The notes beneath the pieces were generated by a model. The model ran no database searches and was not told the origin of the DNA. It saw only the letters and a list, made by a program, of their open reading frames with translations. Position numbers and translations under genes: made by a program. DNA of 64,000 nucleotides from Acidimicrobiales bacterium (GTDB taxonomy: Bacteria; Actinomycetota; Acidimicrobiia; Acidimicrobiales; DATDAH01): NCBI GenBank assembly GCA_041908445.1, contig JAYRFK010000110.1, positions 1,567 to 65,566 on the forward strand, in the 5' to 3' direction. Numbering within the stretch: the first letter of the stretch is position 1; each line of letters begins with the position of its first letter. Shown here one piece after another: positions 56,310 through 64,000 of the stretch.

Positions 56310-56573
56310 ATGGCCGACGACGGGCCCCTGGCCGACGGCACCTACGACGTGATCGTGGTCGACGCCACCGAGGTCGACGACGCCCCGGTCGAAGGCGCCC
56401 CGGACGGGGCGGTGACGGTGTCGCTCGACCTCGCCGTGCTCGCCGGGCCCGCCAAGGGCGAGATCGTGTCCGTGCGGGCCACGGGCCTCGACGACGAGCC
56501 CGTGCTGCTGCTCGGCATCCCCGGCACCCTCACCGTCGAGGGCGGCGTCCCCCGGGTCCGGCTCGAGCCCTAG
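56310..56573 (+). CDS. small acidic hypothetical protein
   Basis: 87-aa ORF divergent from 55476..56285 with normal composition. No motif recognised. An alternative ATG is at 56295. Confidence 0.4.
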   Translation: MADDGPLADGTYDVIVVDATEVDDAPVEGAPDGAVTVSLDLAVLAGPAKGEIVSVRATGLDDEPVLLLGIPGTLTVEGGVPRVRLEP

Positions 56574-56618
56574 CCGCGCCACCGACGCGGTCGAACTCCC
56601 CCCAAACTCCCGGAAATC

Positions 56619-56664
56619 GTGGTGAGAAACCCCCGATACGGGGGTTTCTCACCAAGAAATCCGG
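56619..56664. repeat. family A palindromic element (copy 2), between convergent genes
   Basis: GTGGTGAGAAACCCCCG-ATA-CGGGGGTTTCTCACCAAGAAATCCGG. Confidence 0.85.
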
Positions 56665-56732
56665 GGTCCGACGAGGGGTGGGCCCGACGAGGGGTGGGTC
56701 GGACGAACGGGCGGGTCGGGACGAGGGGCGGG

Positions 56733-57383
56733 TCAGGCGGGGCGGCGGGCGATGCCGCGGACGGTCGGGCGCAGGATGGCGGGCGCCGCCGGCATGGCCG
56801 CACGCCACTCGGTCTCGACGGCGAAGCCGGCGTCGACGACGGCGCGCTCGGTCGTGCGGGTCAGGTGGCAGTTGCCCGCCACCCGCCTCCACAGCGGCTC
56901 GAGGTGCGCCTGCCAGCGCAGCGTGCGTGGCGTGTCGGTGGCGGCGATGTGCTCCAGGTAGACGAAGCGACCGCCGGGGCGCAGCACGCGCCGCACCTCG
57001 GCCAGGGCGGCCACCGGGTCGGGCACGGTGCAGAGCACGAGGGTGCCCACGACCGCGTCGACGCTGGCGTCGGCGACCCCGAGGTCGTCCGCCGAGCGGT
57101 CGAGCACCTCGATCACCGCCGGCCCGTCGGTGCGGCCGGCGGCGGCATCGGCCTTGGCCTCGACCTTGGCCTCGAGCTTGGCCCGCATGTAGGGGTCGGG
57201 CTCGGTGAGCACCAGCCGGCGCACCGTCGACGGGTACCAGGGCAGGTTGTGGCCGGTGCCGGCGCCGATCTCGAGCACCTCGCCCTCGAGGTCGGCGACG
57301 AGGTCGCGCCGCCAGTCCGCCAGGCCCGCCGCCTCGACGCCGGCGGTGAAGCGGTCGTAGCACGCGGCGATGAGGCGGGACAT
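56733..57383 (-). CDS. class I SAM-dependent methyltransferase
   Basis: VLEIGAGTGHNL (motif I), DAVVGTLVLCTVPD and LRPGGRFVYLEH. Confidence 0.85.
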   Translation of the reverse strand: MSRLIAACYDRFTAGVEAAGLADWRRDLVADLEGEVLEIGAGTGHNLPWYPSTVRRLVLTEPDPYMRAKLEAKVEAKADAAAGRTDGPAVIEVLDRSADDLGVADASVDAVVGTLVLCTVPDPVAALAEVRRVLRPGGRFVYLEHIAATDTPRTLRWQAHLEPLWRRVAGNCHLTRTTERAVVDAGFAVETEWRAAMPAAPAILRPTVRGIARRPA

Positions 57384-57443
57384 GGACGCACCGTACGCGG
57401 GAATTGCGCCGGCGCCGACGGCCCCGCGCCCCACACTGGAGGG

Positions 57444-58118
57444 ATGGGGCACCCGTACTGGCCGCTGTTCGACCTCGTCATCCGCACGCCCCGGGTCGAG
57501 CTGCGCCCGCCCACCGACGATGACGTCGTTGCCATCGTGGCCCTGTCGGACGAGGGCATCCACGATCCCGCCACCATGCCCTTCGCGGTGCCGTGGACGG
57601 ACTGGGCGCCCCCGTTCCGCCAGCGCCAGACGATGCAGTGGTGGTGGCGGCAGCGGGCCGACTGGACCCCGGAGAAGTGGATCCTCGGCCTCATGGTCAG
57701 CGAGCTCGGCCCCGACGGCGAGCGCACGCTCGTCGGCGCGCAGGACGTGCTCGCCGACGACTTCCCCCGCTCCCGAACGGTGACGACGGGCTCCTGGCTG
57801 GGGCGCGCCCACCAGGGGCGGGGCCTCGGCAAGGAGATGCGCGCGGCCGTCCTGCACCTCGCCTTCGCCGGCCTCGGCGCCGTCCGCGCCCAGACCTCGG
57901 CCTGGCAGGACAACGCCGCGTCGATCGGCGTGACCACCTCCCTCGGCTACCGGCCCAACGGCGACCACCGCCAGCTCCGACGCGACGCGTACGACCGCCA
58001 GGTGGACTTCGTGCTCGAGCGGGAGGCGTGGCAGCGCCGTCGCCGCGACGACATCGTCATCGAGGGCCTCGAGGCCTGCCTCGACCTCTTCGGGGTGGGC
58101 GACCAGCCCGCCCCGTAA
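57444..58118 (+). CDS. GNAT family N-acetyltransferase (RimJ/RimL-like)
   Basis: RTPRVELRPPTDDDV..., acetyl-CoA site HQGRGLGKEMRAAVLHLAF. GGAGGG precedes the ATG. Confidence 0.8.
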   Translation: MGHPYWPLFDLVIRTPRVELRPPTDDDVVAIVALSDEGIHDPATMPFAVPWTDWAPPFRQRQTMQWWWRQRADWTPEKWILGLMVSELGPDGERTLVGAQDVLADDFPRSRTVTTGSWLGRAHQGRGLGKEMRAAVLHLAFAGLGAVRAQTSAWQDNAASIGVTTSLGYRPNGDHRQLRRDAYDRQVDFVLEREAWQRRRRDDIVIEGLEACLDLFGVGDQPAP

Positions 58119-58176
58119 GCTCGGCGCGCCGCAGCACCACCACACCCGCACGCACGACACGCCGGGGGGCGACGCG

Positions 58177-59583
58177 ATGCAACGACTCACGGGCCTCGAC
58201 GCCGGGTTCCTCTCGATGGAGACCCCGACCAGCCCCATGCACGTGGCCAGCCTGGCCGTCTTCGACCCGTCCGAGGTCGAGGGGGGCTGGTCCATCGACC
58301 AGGTCAAGGACGTGTACGGCCAGCGCCTGCACCTGGCCGCGCCCTTCCGACGCCGCCTGGTCGAGGTGCCCTTCGGCCTGCACCACCCCCTCTGGATCGA
58401 GGACCCCGACTTCGACCTCGACTGGCACATCCGCCACATCGCGGTGCCGGCGCCCGGCGGTCCACGCGAGCTGGCTGCGCTGGCCGGCCACCTCGTGGCG
58501 CTGCCCCTCGACCGCAGCCGCCCGCTCTGGGAGATGTGGGTCATCGAGGGCCTCGAGCACGGGCACGTGGCCGTGCTCTCCAAGGTCCACCACGCGGCCA
58601 TCGACGGTGCCTCCGGCAACGAGATCATCGTCGCCACCCTCGACCTCGAGCCCGACCCGCCGCCGACGCCGCAGCCGGAGGAGCCGTGGGTGCCCGACCG
58701 GGTGCCGTCCGACCCCGAGCTGCTCACCTACGCGGCGACCTCCCTGGCCCGCCAGCCCTTCCGGGTGGCCAAGGCCAGCGCCCGCACCGCCCGGTCGACC
58801 CTCGACCGCTCCCGCCTGCAGGGGCGACCGGGGACGACCCCGCCGCCTGGCATGTTCAGCGCCCCCCGCACCTCGATCAACACCGCCATCACCGGCCACC
58901 GCAGCTACGCCATGGCCACCGTCTCGCTGCCGGAGGTGAAGGAGGTCAAGAACGCCTTCGGGGTCACCGTCAACGACGTCGTCCTCGGCCTCTGCGGCGG
59001 CGCTCTGCGCCGGTACTTCGACGGCGTCGGCGAGGAGGTCGAGGGGGCCCTCGTCGCCATGGTGCCGGTCTCGGTGCGCACCCAGGACCAGCAGGGCACC
59101 CTGGGCAACCGGGTGTCCTCGGTGCTGGCGACCCTCGCCACCGACGTCGACGACCCCGTCGAGCGCCTGCGGGCCATCCACGAGGCCATGGACACCGCCA
59201 AGGAGCGCCACGCGGTCGGTGCGGACGCCCTGCAGGACTGGGCCGAGTTCGCGGCGCCGGCGCTGCTCGGCCGCGCCGCCCGGCTGTACTCGACGATGCG
59301 GATGGCGGGCCTGCACCGCCCGGTGTTCAACGTCACCATCTCGAACGTGCCCGGGCCGCCCTTCCCGCTGTACTCGGCCGGCGCCAAGCTCGTGGCCAAC
59401 TACCCGGTCGGGCCCATCTTCGACGGCGCCGGCCTGAACATGACGGTGATGAGCTACCAGGAGAACCTCGACTTCGGCCTGCTCGCGTGCCCTGACGTGC
59501 TGCCCGACGTCTGGTCGCTCGCCGACGGCCTCACCGACGCCCTCGCCGAGCTCACCAAGGCCGCCCGCAAAGCCGCCCGCTGA
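58177..59583 (+). CDS. wax ester synthase/diacylglycerol acyltransferase (WS/DGAT)
   Basis: Catalytic HHAAIDGASG (HHxxxDG), NVPGPPFPLY and overall WS/DGAT length. Confidence 0.9.
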   Translation: MQRLTGLDAGFLSMETPTSPMHVASLAVFDPSEVEGGWSIDQVKDVYGQRLHLAAPFRRRLVEVPFGLHHPLWIEDPDFDLDWHIRHIAVPAPGGPRELAALAGHLVALPLDRSRPLWEMWVIEGLEHGHVAVLSKVHHAAIDGASGNEIIVATLDLEPDPPPTPQPEEPWVPDRVPSDPELLTYAATSLARQPFRVAKASARTARSTLDRSRLQGRPGTTPPPGMFSAPRTSINTAITGHRSYAMATVSLPEVKEVKNAFGVTVNDVVLGLCGGALRRYFDGVGEEVEGALVAMVPVSVRTQDQQGTLGNRVSSVLATLATDVDDPVERLRAIHEAMDTAKERHAVGADALQDWAEFAAPALLGRAARLYSTMRMAGLHRPVFNVTISNVPGPPFPLYSAGAKLVANYPVGPIFDGAGLNMTVMSYQENLDFGLLACPDVLPDVWSLADGLTDALAELTKAARKAAR

Positions 59584-59610
59584 CCCCTGCCCGCTCCAGC
59601 AGCAGGAATT

Positions 59611-59657
59611 CCTGGTGAGAAACCCCCGATCCGGGGGTTTCTCAACAAGAAATCCGG
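59611..59657. repeat. family A palindromic element (copy 3), between convergent genes
   Basis: CCTGGTGAGAAACCCCCG-ATC-CGGGGGTTTCTCAACAAGAAATCCGG (one stem mismatch). Confidence 0.85.
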
Positions 59658-59671
59658 CTTGGAGGGGGGTC

Positions 59672-60106
59672 TCAGGGGAGAGGCGGGGGAGCGGCGGCGA
59701 CCGCGGCGCGCAGGTGGGCGGCGACCTCGGCCATGGCCTCCGGGCCCGGGTAGGGGTGGCGGGGCCAGAAGAACCCCTTGAGGCCGTCGCCCCTGGTGCG
59801 GGGCACCACGTGCACGTGCAGGTGGGGGACGGACTGGCTGACCCGGTTGTTCATGGCCACGAAGCTGCCGCCGGCGCCGAGCGTGGCCTCCATCAGCCCC
59901 GACAGCTGGCGGGCCCGGCCGAACAGCGGCGCGAGCAGGTCGGGCGGCAGGTCGGCCAGGGTCTCGTGGTGGGCCCGGGGCACGACCAGGGTGTGGCCGG
60001 CGAAGAGCGGGCGGATGTCGAGGAACGCCACCGTCAGCTCGTCCTCGGCCACGACCTCGGCGTCGTGCTCACCGGCGACGATGGCGCAGAAGGTGCAGGC
60101 GGCCAT
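59672..60106 (-). CDS. HIT family hydrolase
   Basis: CTFCAIVAGE... and the histidine triad VPHLHVHVVPR. Confidence 0.88.
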   Translation of the reverse strand: MAACTFCAIVAGEHDAEVVAEDELTVAFLDIRPLFAGHTLVVPRAHHETLADLPPDLLAPLFGRARQLSGLMEATLGAGGSFVAMNNRVSQSVPHLHVHVVPRTRGDGLKGFFWPRHPYPGPEAMAEVAAHLRAAVAAAPPPLP

Positions 60107-60163
60107 GGTGCAGGTTGCCACGAGGCCGGCAGCCACCGGGGGAGCGCCTACGATCGGCGGGCC

Positions 60164-60958
60164 ATGGGGGAGCCGGGCCGCACCGAGGACGGGCACGAGG
60201 ACGAGCACGACGCCGATGCGGTCGGCGCCACTGCTGACGTCCTCGACGACGGCGCAAGCGACGATCTCGACGGGTCGGGCATCGGGTTCGAGGAGCCCGG
60301 GCCCACCCGCCGGCTCCCGGGCGCCGACGCACCGTACGCGCCGGCGCTCTGGCTGGTCGACCGGGTCGCCACCCGGGTCTTCAGCCAACCCACGACCCTG
60401 CGCTGGACCGCTAACCCGGGCACGGCCCTGCGGGGCGAGGTCGACGTCGTCACCGTCGGCGTACCGGCCATGCGCATGGCGGGCCTCCGCCTCGAGCGGG
60501 TGGTCGGGCGGGTCGAACGGGTGCGCATCCAGCCCGGGATCGTCCCCCGCCTCAAGGCCGGGCCCGTGTCGGTGAAGGCCACGGTGACCCAGGAGAGCGT
60601 CGACCGCTGGGTGGGCTCGGCCAACCTGCCCCTGCGCCTCGAGCTCACCGAGGACGGCATCCTCTCGAGCACCGGCATCGGCTCGCTCCGGGTCGGCCAC
60701 GTCCTGACCGAGCTCGAGGTGGGTGGGCGCTGGCTGCGCCTCCGGCCGCGCCAGGTCGCCGCCCGCGAGCTGCCGGCGCCGATCCGCCAGTTCCTCGTCG
60801 GCAACCTCCCCCTGCCGCCGTTGCCGGCCGGGGCGCGGCTCGTGCACGTGGCCCACGCCCCCGGCGAGCTCGCGGTGCGGGTGGCGCTCGAGGACATCGA
60901 CGAGGCCGTCACCCCGAGCCTGCCCGGGCGCATGCAGCGCCGCCTGGCCGGGCGCTGA
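60164..60958 (+). CDS. hypothetical protein, possibly DUF2993/LmeA-like
   Basis: Acidic N-terminus followed by repetitive beta-rich segments (…VDVVTVGVPAMRMAGLRLERVVGRVERVRI…LRLELTEDGILS…) reminiscent of LmeA-family proteins. The assignment is tentative. Confidence 0.45.
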   Translation: MGEPGRTEDGHEDEHDADAVGATADVLDDGASDDLDGSGIGFEEPGPTRRLPGADAPYAPALWLVDRVATRVFSQPTTLRWTANPGTALRGEVDVVTVGVPAMRMAGLRLERVVGRVERVRIQPGIVPRLKAGPVSVKATVTQESVDRWVGSANLPLRLELTEDGILSSTGIGSLRVGHVLTELEVGGRWLRLRPRQVAARELPAPIRQFLVGNLPLPPLPAGARLVHVAHAPGELAVRVALEDIDEAVTPSLPGRMQRRLAGR

Positions 60959-61073
60959 CCCCGGCCCTTCCCTTCCGGCGGCACGGCCCCTAGGGTCGGC
61001 GCCTCGGGGCTCGCGACCCCCTCTGCCGCTCGGGTCGCCTCTGCGCACACCTGCCTGCACCAGAGGAGCCCCG

Positions 61074-62018
61074 ATGGCCGCCGAGAGCGTCCCCACCACC
61101 CCTGCCGCGCCCACCACCCCTGCCGGCCCCACCACGCCGACCGGTCCCGCGACCGGCCGCCCGGCCGCCCCGACCCTCCGCGAGGTCGTGGACCGACTCG
61201 AGCGGGTGCTCGCCCCGCTCGGCTGGGACCAGGCGCCGAGCGCCGTCGGGATCGAGCCCGACGGCGACGTCGAACTGGCCGTCCCGCCGCTCGACTGCGC
61301 CGACCCCATCGGCGCGTTGGTCGGCATCGACGCCAAGGCCTCGTGGTCGGCCTACGGCATCGTCACCAGCGGCCGGGTCCACGACCTCGTCGAGGAGGGC
61401 GGCCGCGCCCACGGCCGGCGGCGCCCCGTCGAGCAGCGGGCCCGCATCGGCCACGTCGTCGACCGCTCGGGCGGGGCGGTGTCCTACGTGCACGTCCAAG
61501 GGCAGCGCCGCCGGTGGGACGACGGCCCTGCGGTGGGCCGGGTGGACGACGTGTGCCGGCGCGCCCTCGGGCTGGCCACCCCGCCGCCGACCGTGCCCAT
61601 CGGCGTGCTGTGGGCCACCTGGTGGCTCGAGCGCGTGCTCGGTGACGCCGTGGACGGTCGGATCGCCACGTGGGCCGACGCCGCCGCACTGCACCCGGTG
61701 ACGAGCGTGGGGGCGGTCCCGATCGTGGGAGCGCTGGGAGTCGCGCCCACGCCCGCGACGTTCGGGGCCGCCGCCCGCCGCCTCGCCGCCGAGTGGTGCT
61801 GGGAGGACCTGCGCGGGATCGTGGCCACCGGTGGTGGCGGGCCGGTCGAGCCGGTCGCCCCTGACGCGGCGGCGTGGATGGATGCCGGCATGTTCTCGCG
61901 CTGGATGCTCATGGACGAGCCGCCGCTGGCGCTGCTCCGCGAGGTCGCGGTCGAGCGGCTCCCGGCACCGGTCGCGGACGCCCTCGACGTCGCCCTCGCG
62001 GCGTGGGGACTCCCCTAG
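61074..62018 (+). CDS. hypothetical protein
   Basis: 314-aa ORF with AGAGGAG 5 nt upstream of the ATG, a Pro/Thr-rich N-terminus and an otherwise ordinary composition. Confidence 0.5.
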   Translation: MAAESVPTTPAAPTTPAGPTTPTGPATGRPAAPTLREVVDRLERVLAPLGWDQAPSAVGIEPDGDVELAVPPLDCADPIGALVGIDAKASWSAYGIVTSGRVHDLVEEGGRAHGRRRPVEQRARIGHVVDRSGGAVSYVHVQGQRRRWDDGPAVGRVDDVCRRALGLATPPPTVPIGVLWATWWLERVLGDAVDGRIATWADAAALHPVTSVGAVPIVGALGVAPTPATFGAAARRLAAEWCWEDLRGIVATGGGGPVEPVAPDAAAWMDAGMFSRWMLMDEPPLALLREVAVERLPAPVADALDVALAAWGLP

Positions 62019-62029
62019 GGTCTGTCCCC

Positions 62030-62806
62030 ATGAGCGACCCCTACGACCCGACCCGGGCGGCGCCGACGCCGCCCGGCGGCACGCCGCCCACGGGCGCGCC
62101 CGACCCCGCGGTGGGCACCGGTGGCGCGCCCACGGTGGCGGCCCCGTCGGTCTACGCCGAGCCGGCGCCCACGGCCTACGGCCCGGGTCCCGCGGGGCCG
62201 GGCGGCCCGGGCGGCCCCGGCGACCCGTGGGGCCCCGGTGGTCCCGGCGGCCCGGGGGGTGGCGACGACGGGGAGGACGACGAGCCCGACGACCGCTGGA
62301 AGATCGTGGCGCTGGTGGGCCTCGCCGTGGTCGTGCTGGCGCTCATCATCGGTGGCCTGATCGTCGGCTCGGGGGACGACGACGGGGGCGACACCACCAC
62401 CACGAGCTCGTCCAGCACGTCCACGTCGTCGACCTCCACGTCGTCCACGTCCACCACCAGCACGTCGACGACCACCACCTCGTCGACCACCACGACCACC
62501 GCGCCCACCACGACGACCGCGGCGGGCCCGCCGGGCGCGGCGTCCCCCGAGGCCGCGGCGGCGAGCCTGTTCAACGCCTGGACCGCCGGCGACGAGGCCA
62601 ACGCCGGCCAGTTCGCCGACCCCGGGGCGGTGCAGACGCTGTTCTCGCGCGACGGCGTGGGCAACGACCTCACCTTCGACGCCTGCACGGCGGCGGGCGG
62701 CGGGTTCGACTGCACCTACAGCAACGACACCGAGGTCGTGGTCTTCGAGGTCGACCCGGTGCCGTCCGGCTACCGGGTCACCGGCGTGTCCTTCCCGAAC
62801 GACTGA
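62030..62806 (+). CDS. single-pass membrane protein with Pro/Gly-rich N-terminus, Ser/Thr-rich linker and small Cys-containing C-terminal domain
   Basis: TM helix WKIVALVGLAVVVLALIIGGLIV, then a TTTTSSSSTSTSSTSTSSTSTTSTSTTTTSSTTTTT linker, then a C-terminal approx. 80-aa domain with 2 Cys. Confidence 0.55.
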   Translation: MSDPYDPTRAAPTPPGGTPPTGAPDPAVGTGGAPTVAAPSVYAEPAPTAYGPGPAGPGGPGGPGDPWGPGGPGGPGGGDDGEDDEPDDRWKIVALVGLAVVVLALIIGGLIVGSGDDDGGDTTTTSSSSTSTSSTSTSSTSTTSTSTTTTSSTTTTTAPTTTTAAGPPGAASPEAAAASLFNAWTAGDEANAGQFADPGAVQTLFSRDGVGNDLTFDACTAAGGGFDCTYSNDTEVVVFEVDPVPSGYRVTGVSFPND

Positions 62807-62906
62807 CCTCGGGCGGCCGGCCGCCGGCGGCGACCGGTCGTCGGCGCGGTCGGGCTCCGGATGCGGGACGCGCCGCCGTCGAGGGCGGTGCCCGGACCCT
62901 GGACGC

Positions 62907-62939
62907 GCGACGGCGGCGGGCGGGGCCCGCCGCCGTCGC
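62907..62939. terminator. 15-bp perfect hairpin between convergent genes
   Basis: GCGACGGCGGCGGGC-GGG-GCCCGCCGCCGTCGC. Confidence 0.4.
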
Positions 62940-62970
62940 GGTCGTCCTCGGGTCCCGGTGGGGACGCCGG

Positions 62971-64000
62971 TCAGCCGAGCGTGGTCTCGCAGCTCCCGGC
63001 CAGCTCGTCCTGCGAGCGTCCGCCGCACGTCGTGCCGAACAGCTCCAGTTTCGAGCCCACCGGCGTGATGAAGAACAGCTCGTCGCAGGCGGCGTTGTCG
63101 CCGCCACCGCAGCTGGCGATGAGGCTGTCGACCGTGGAGCCGCTGTCACTGGTGGTGCCGCACGAGCCGTTGGCGCCGTCCTGGGTGCCACCGCAGCTCG
63201 CCCCGACGTCCTGCTGGGCGGACCCCGCCTCCGACTCGAAGAAGAGGAAGTCGCACTGGAGCAGCGTGGTGGGGTCGCCGGCGGCACTGGTGCACTGCGA
63301 TTCGATGCCGTCGAGGCTGGCCTGGTCGAGCAGCGGTGGCGTGCCGGAGCCGCCGCTGTTGGGGTCGAAGGCCGGGACGGTGGTCGTGGTGTTGTCGGGC
63401 ACGGTCGTGACGCCGGGGACGGTGGTCGAGGGCGGGTTGCCGCCGCCGTCGCCCCCGCCGGCCAGGACCGCCACCAGGCCCACGATCACGAGCAGGGCGG
63501 CGGCGACGCCGCCACCGATCAGCAGCCAGGGCGGCTTCTTGCCCCCGGCCCCGGCCGGCGGGGCCGGCGGCGGGGTGGTGGTCGGGATGCCCGGCAGGGA
63601 GGTCGAGGCCATCGAGGTGGCCGGCGCCGGCGCACCCGGGGGCGGCGTCGGCGGCGGGGTGTACGCGCCGGGCGGCGGGGGCGTGGTGGGGATGCCCGGG
63701 GCCGTCGGCGGCGGCGTGGCGGGGATGCCCGCGGCGACGCCCGCGCCCACGACGGTCGAGTTGGGGTCGACCGGCGGCGGGGTGGCGGGGATGCCGGGCA
63801 GGGCGCCGGTGACGATGGTGCCGTCGGCGGCCGGCTCGCGCAGCGCCTGCATGGCCCGGGCGCCGAGCTCGCCGCAGCTGTCGTAGCGGTCGTCGGGGTC
63901 CTTGGCCATGGCCTTCGCGATCACCGCGTCGATGGCCGGCGGCAGCGTGGGCACGGCATCGGTGGCCTTGGGCGCCTCGCGGGTGAGGTGGGCGCCGATG
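62971..64000 (-). CDS. Ser/Thr protein kinase, C-terminal part (5' end outside the window)
   Basis: The end of the kinase domain (…IAKAMAKDPDDRYDSCGELG…) is followed by a Pro-rich linker, TM helix WLLIGGGVAAALLVIVGLVAVLAG, and an extracellular Cys-rich domain with two CD-LFF...CGG repeats. Confidence 0.8.
   Translation of the reverse strand, partial: IGAHLTREAPKATDAVPTLPPAIDAVIAKAMAKDPDDRYDSCGELGARAMQALREPAADGTIVTGALPGIPATPPPVDPNSTVVGAGVAAGIPATPPPTAPGIPTTPPPPGAYTPPPTPPPGAPAPATSMASTSLPGIPTTTPPPAPPAGAGGKKPPWLLIGGGVAAALLVIVGLVAVLAGGGDGGGNPPSTTVPGVTTVPDNTTTTVPAFDPNSGGSGTPPLLDQASLDGIESQCTSAAGDPTTLLQCDFLFFESEAGSAQQDVGASCGGTQDGANGSCGTTSDSGSTVDSLIASCGGGDNAACDELFFITPVGSKLELFGTTCGGRSQDELAGSCETTLG

Noticed and set aside
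62015-63028. 337-aa minus-strand ORF and other Arg/Gly-rich ORFs antisense to 62030-62806
   Set aside because: Low-complexity antisense translation of the Ser/Thr- and Pro/Gly-rich coding region.

Overview
Very GC-rich, actinobacterial-type chromosomal segment, mostly housekeeping genes; the taxon is inferred from gene content and synteny only. The backbone is branched-chain amino-acid biosynthesis: ilvB-ilvN-ilvC, leuA, leuC-leuD with a divergent IclR (LtbR/NdgR-like) regulator, and leuB-ilvE-cimA. Interleaved are serC, an aspartate-type aminotransferase, serA, greA, ppx, corA and gltX, the last followed by tRNA-Gln(CTG) and tRNA-Glu(CTC). Downstream of the tRNAs lies a small, visibly lower-GC degraded islet: an alpha/beta hydrolase, a frameshifted DUF222/HNH pseudogene and a truncated EamA gene. 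After that come two tandem PQQ-type sugar dehydrogenase paralogues, an Rpf transglycosylase, acyl-CoA/lipid genes (two crotonases, thiolase, WS/DGAT, FadD-like ligase), an adenylate cyclase, an NfuA-like Fe-S protein, a HIT protein, several hypotheticals and a partial Ser/Thr kinase. I saw no CRISPR array, no intact transposase, integrase or phage gene, and no recognisable defence or toxin-antitoxin system. The most unusual items are these. (1) A translationally coupled 37-codon micro-ORF between ilvB and ilvN re-encodes the IlvB C-terminal tail with only synonymous differences. (2) Two extra copies of the 3' part of tRNA-Glu each carry an altered, enlarged anticodon loop and their own tetraloop hairpin. 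(3) Three leader-peptide attenuators have amino-acid-specific codon runs: ILVL before ilvBNC, LLL before leuA, III before leuB-ilvE-cimA. (4) At least four families of long palindromic intergenic repeats are present. Many long ORFs in the six-frame track are antisense or off-frame artefacts of the high GC content and were not called.
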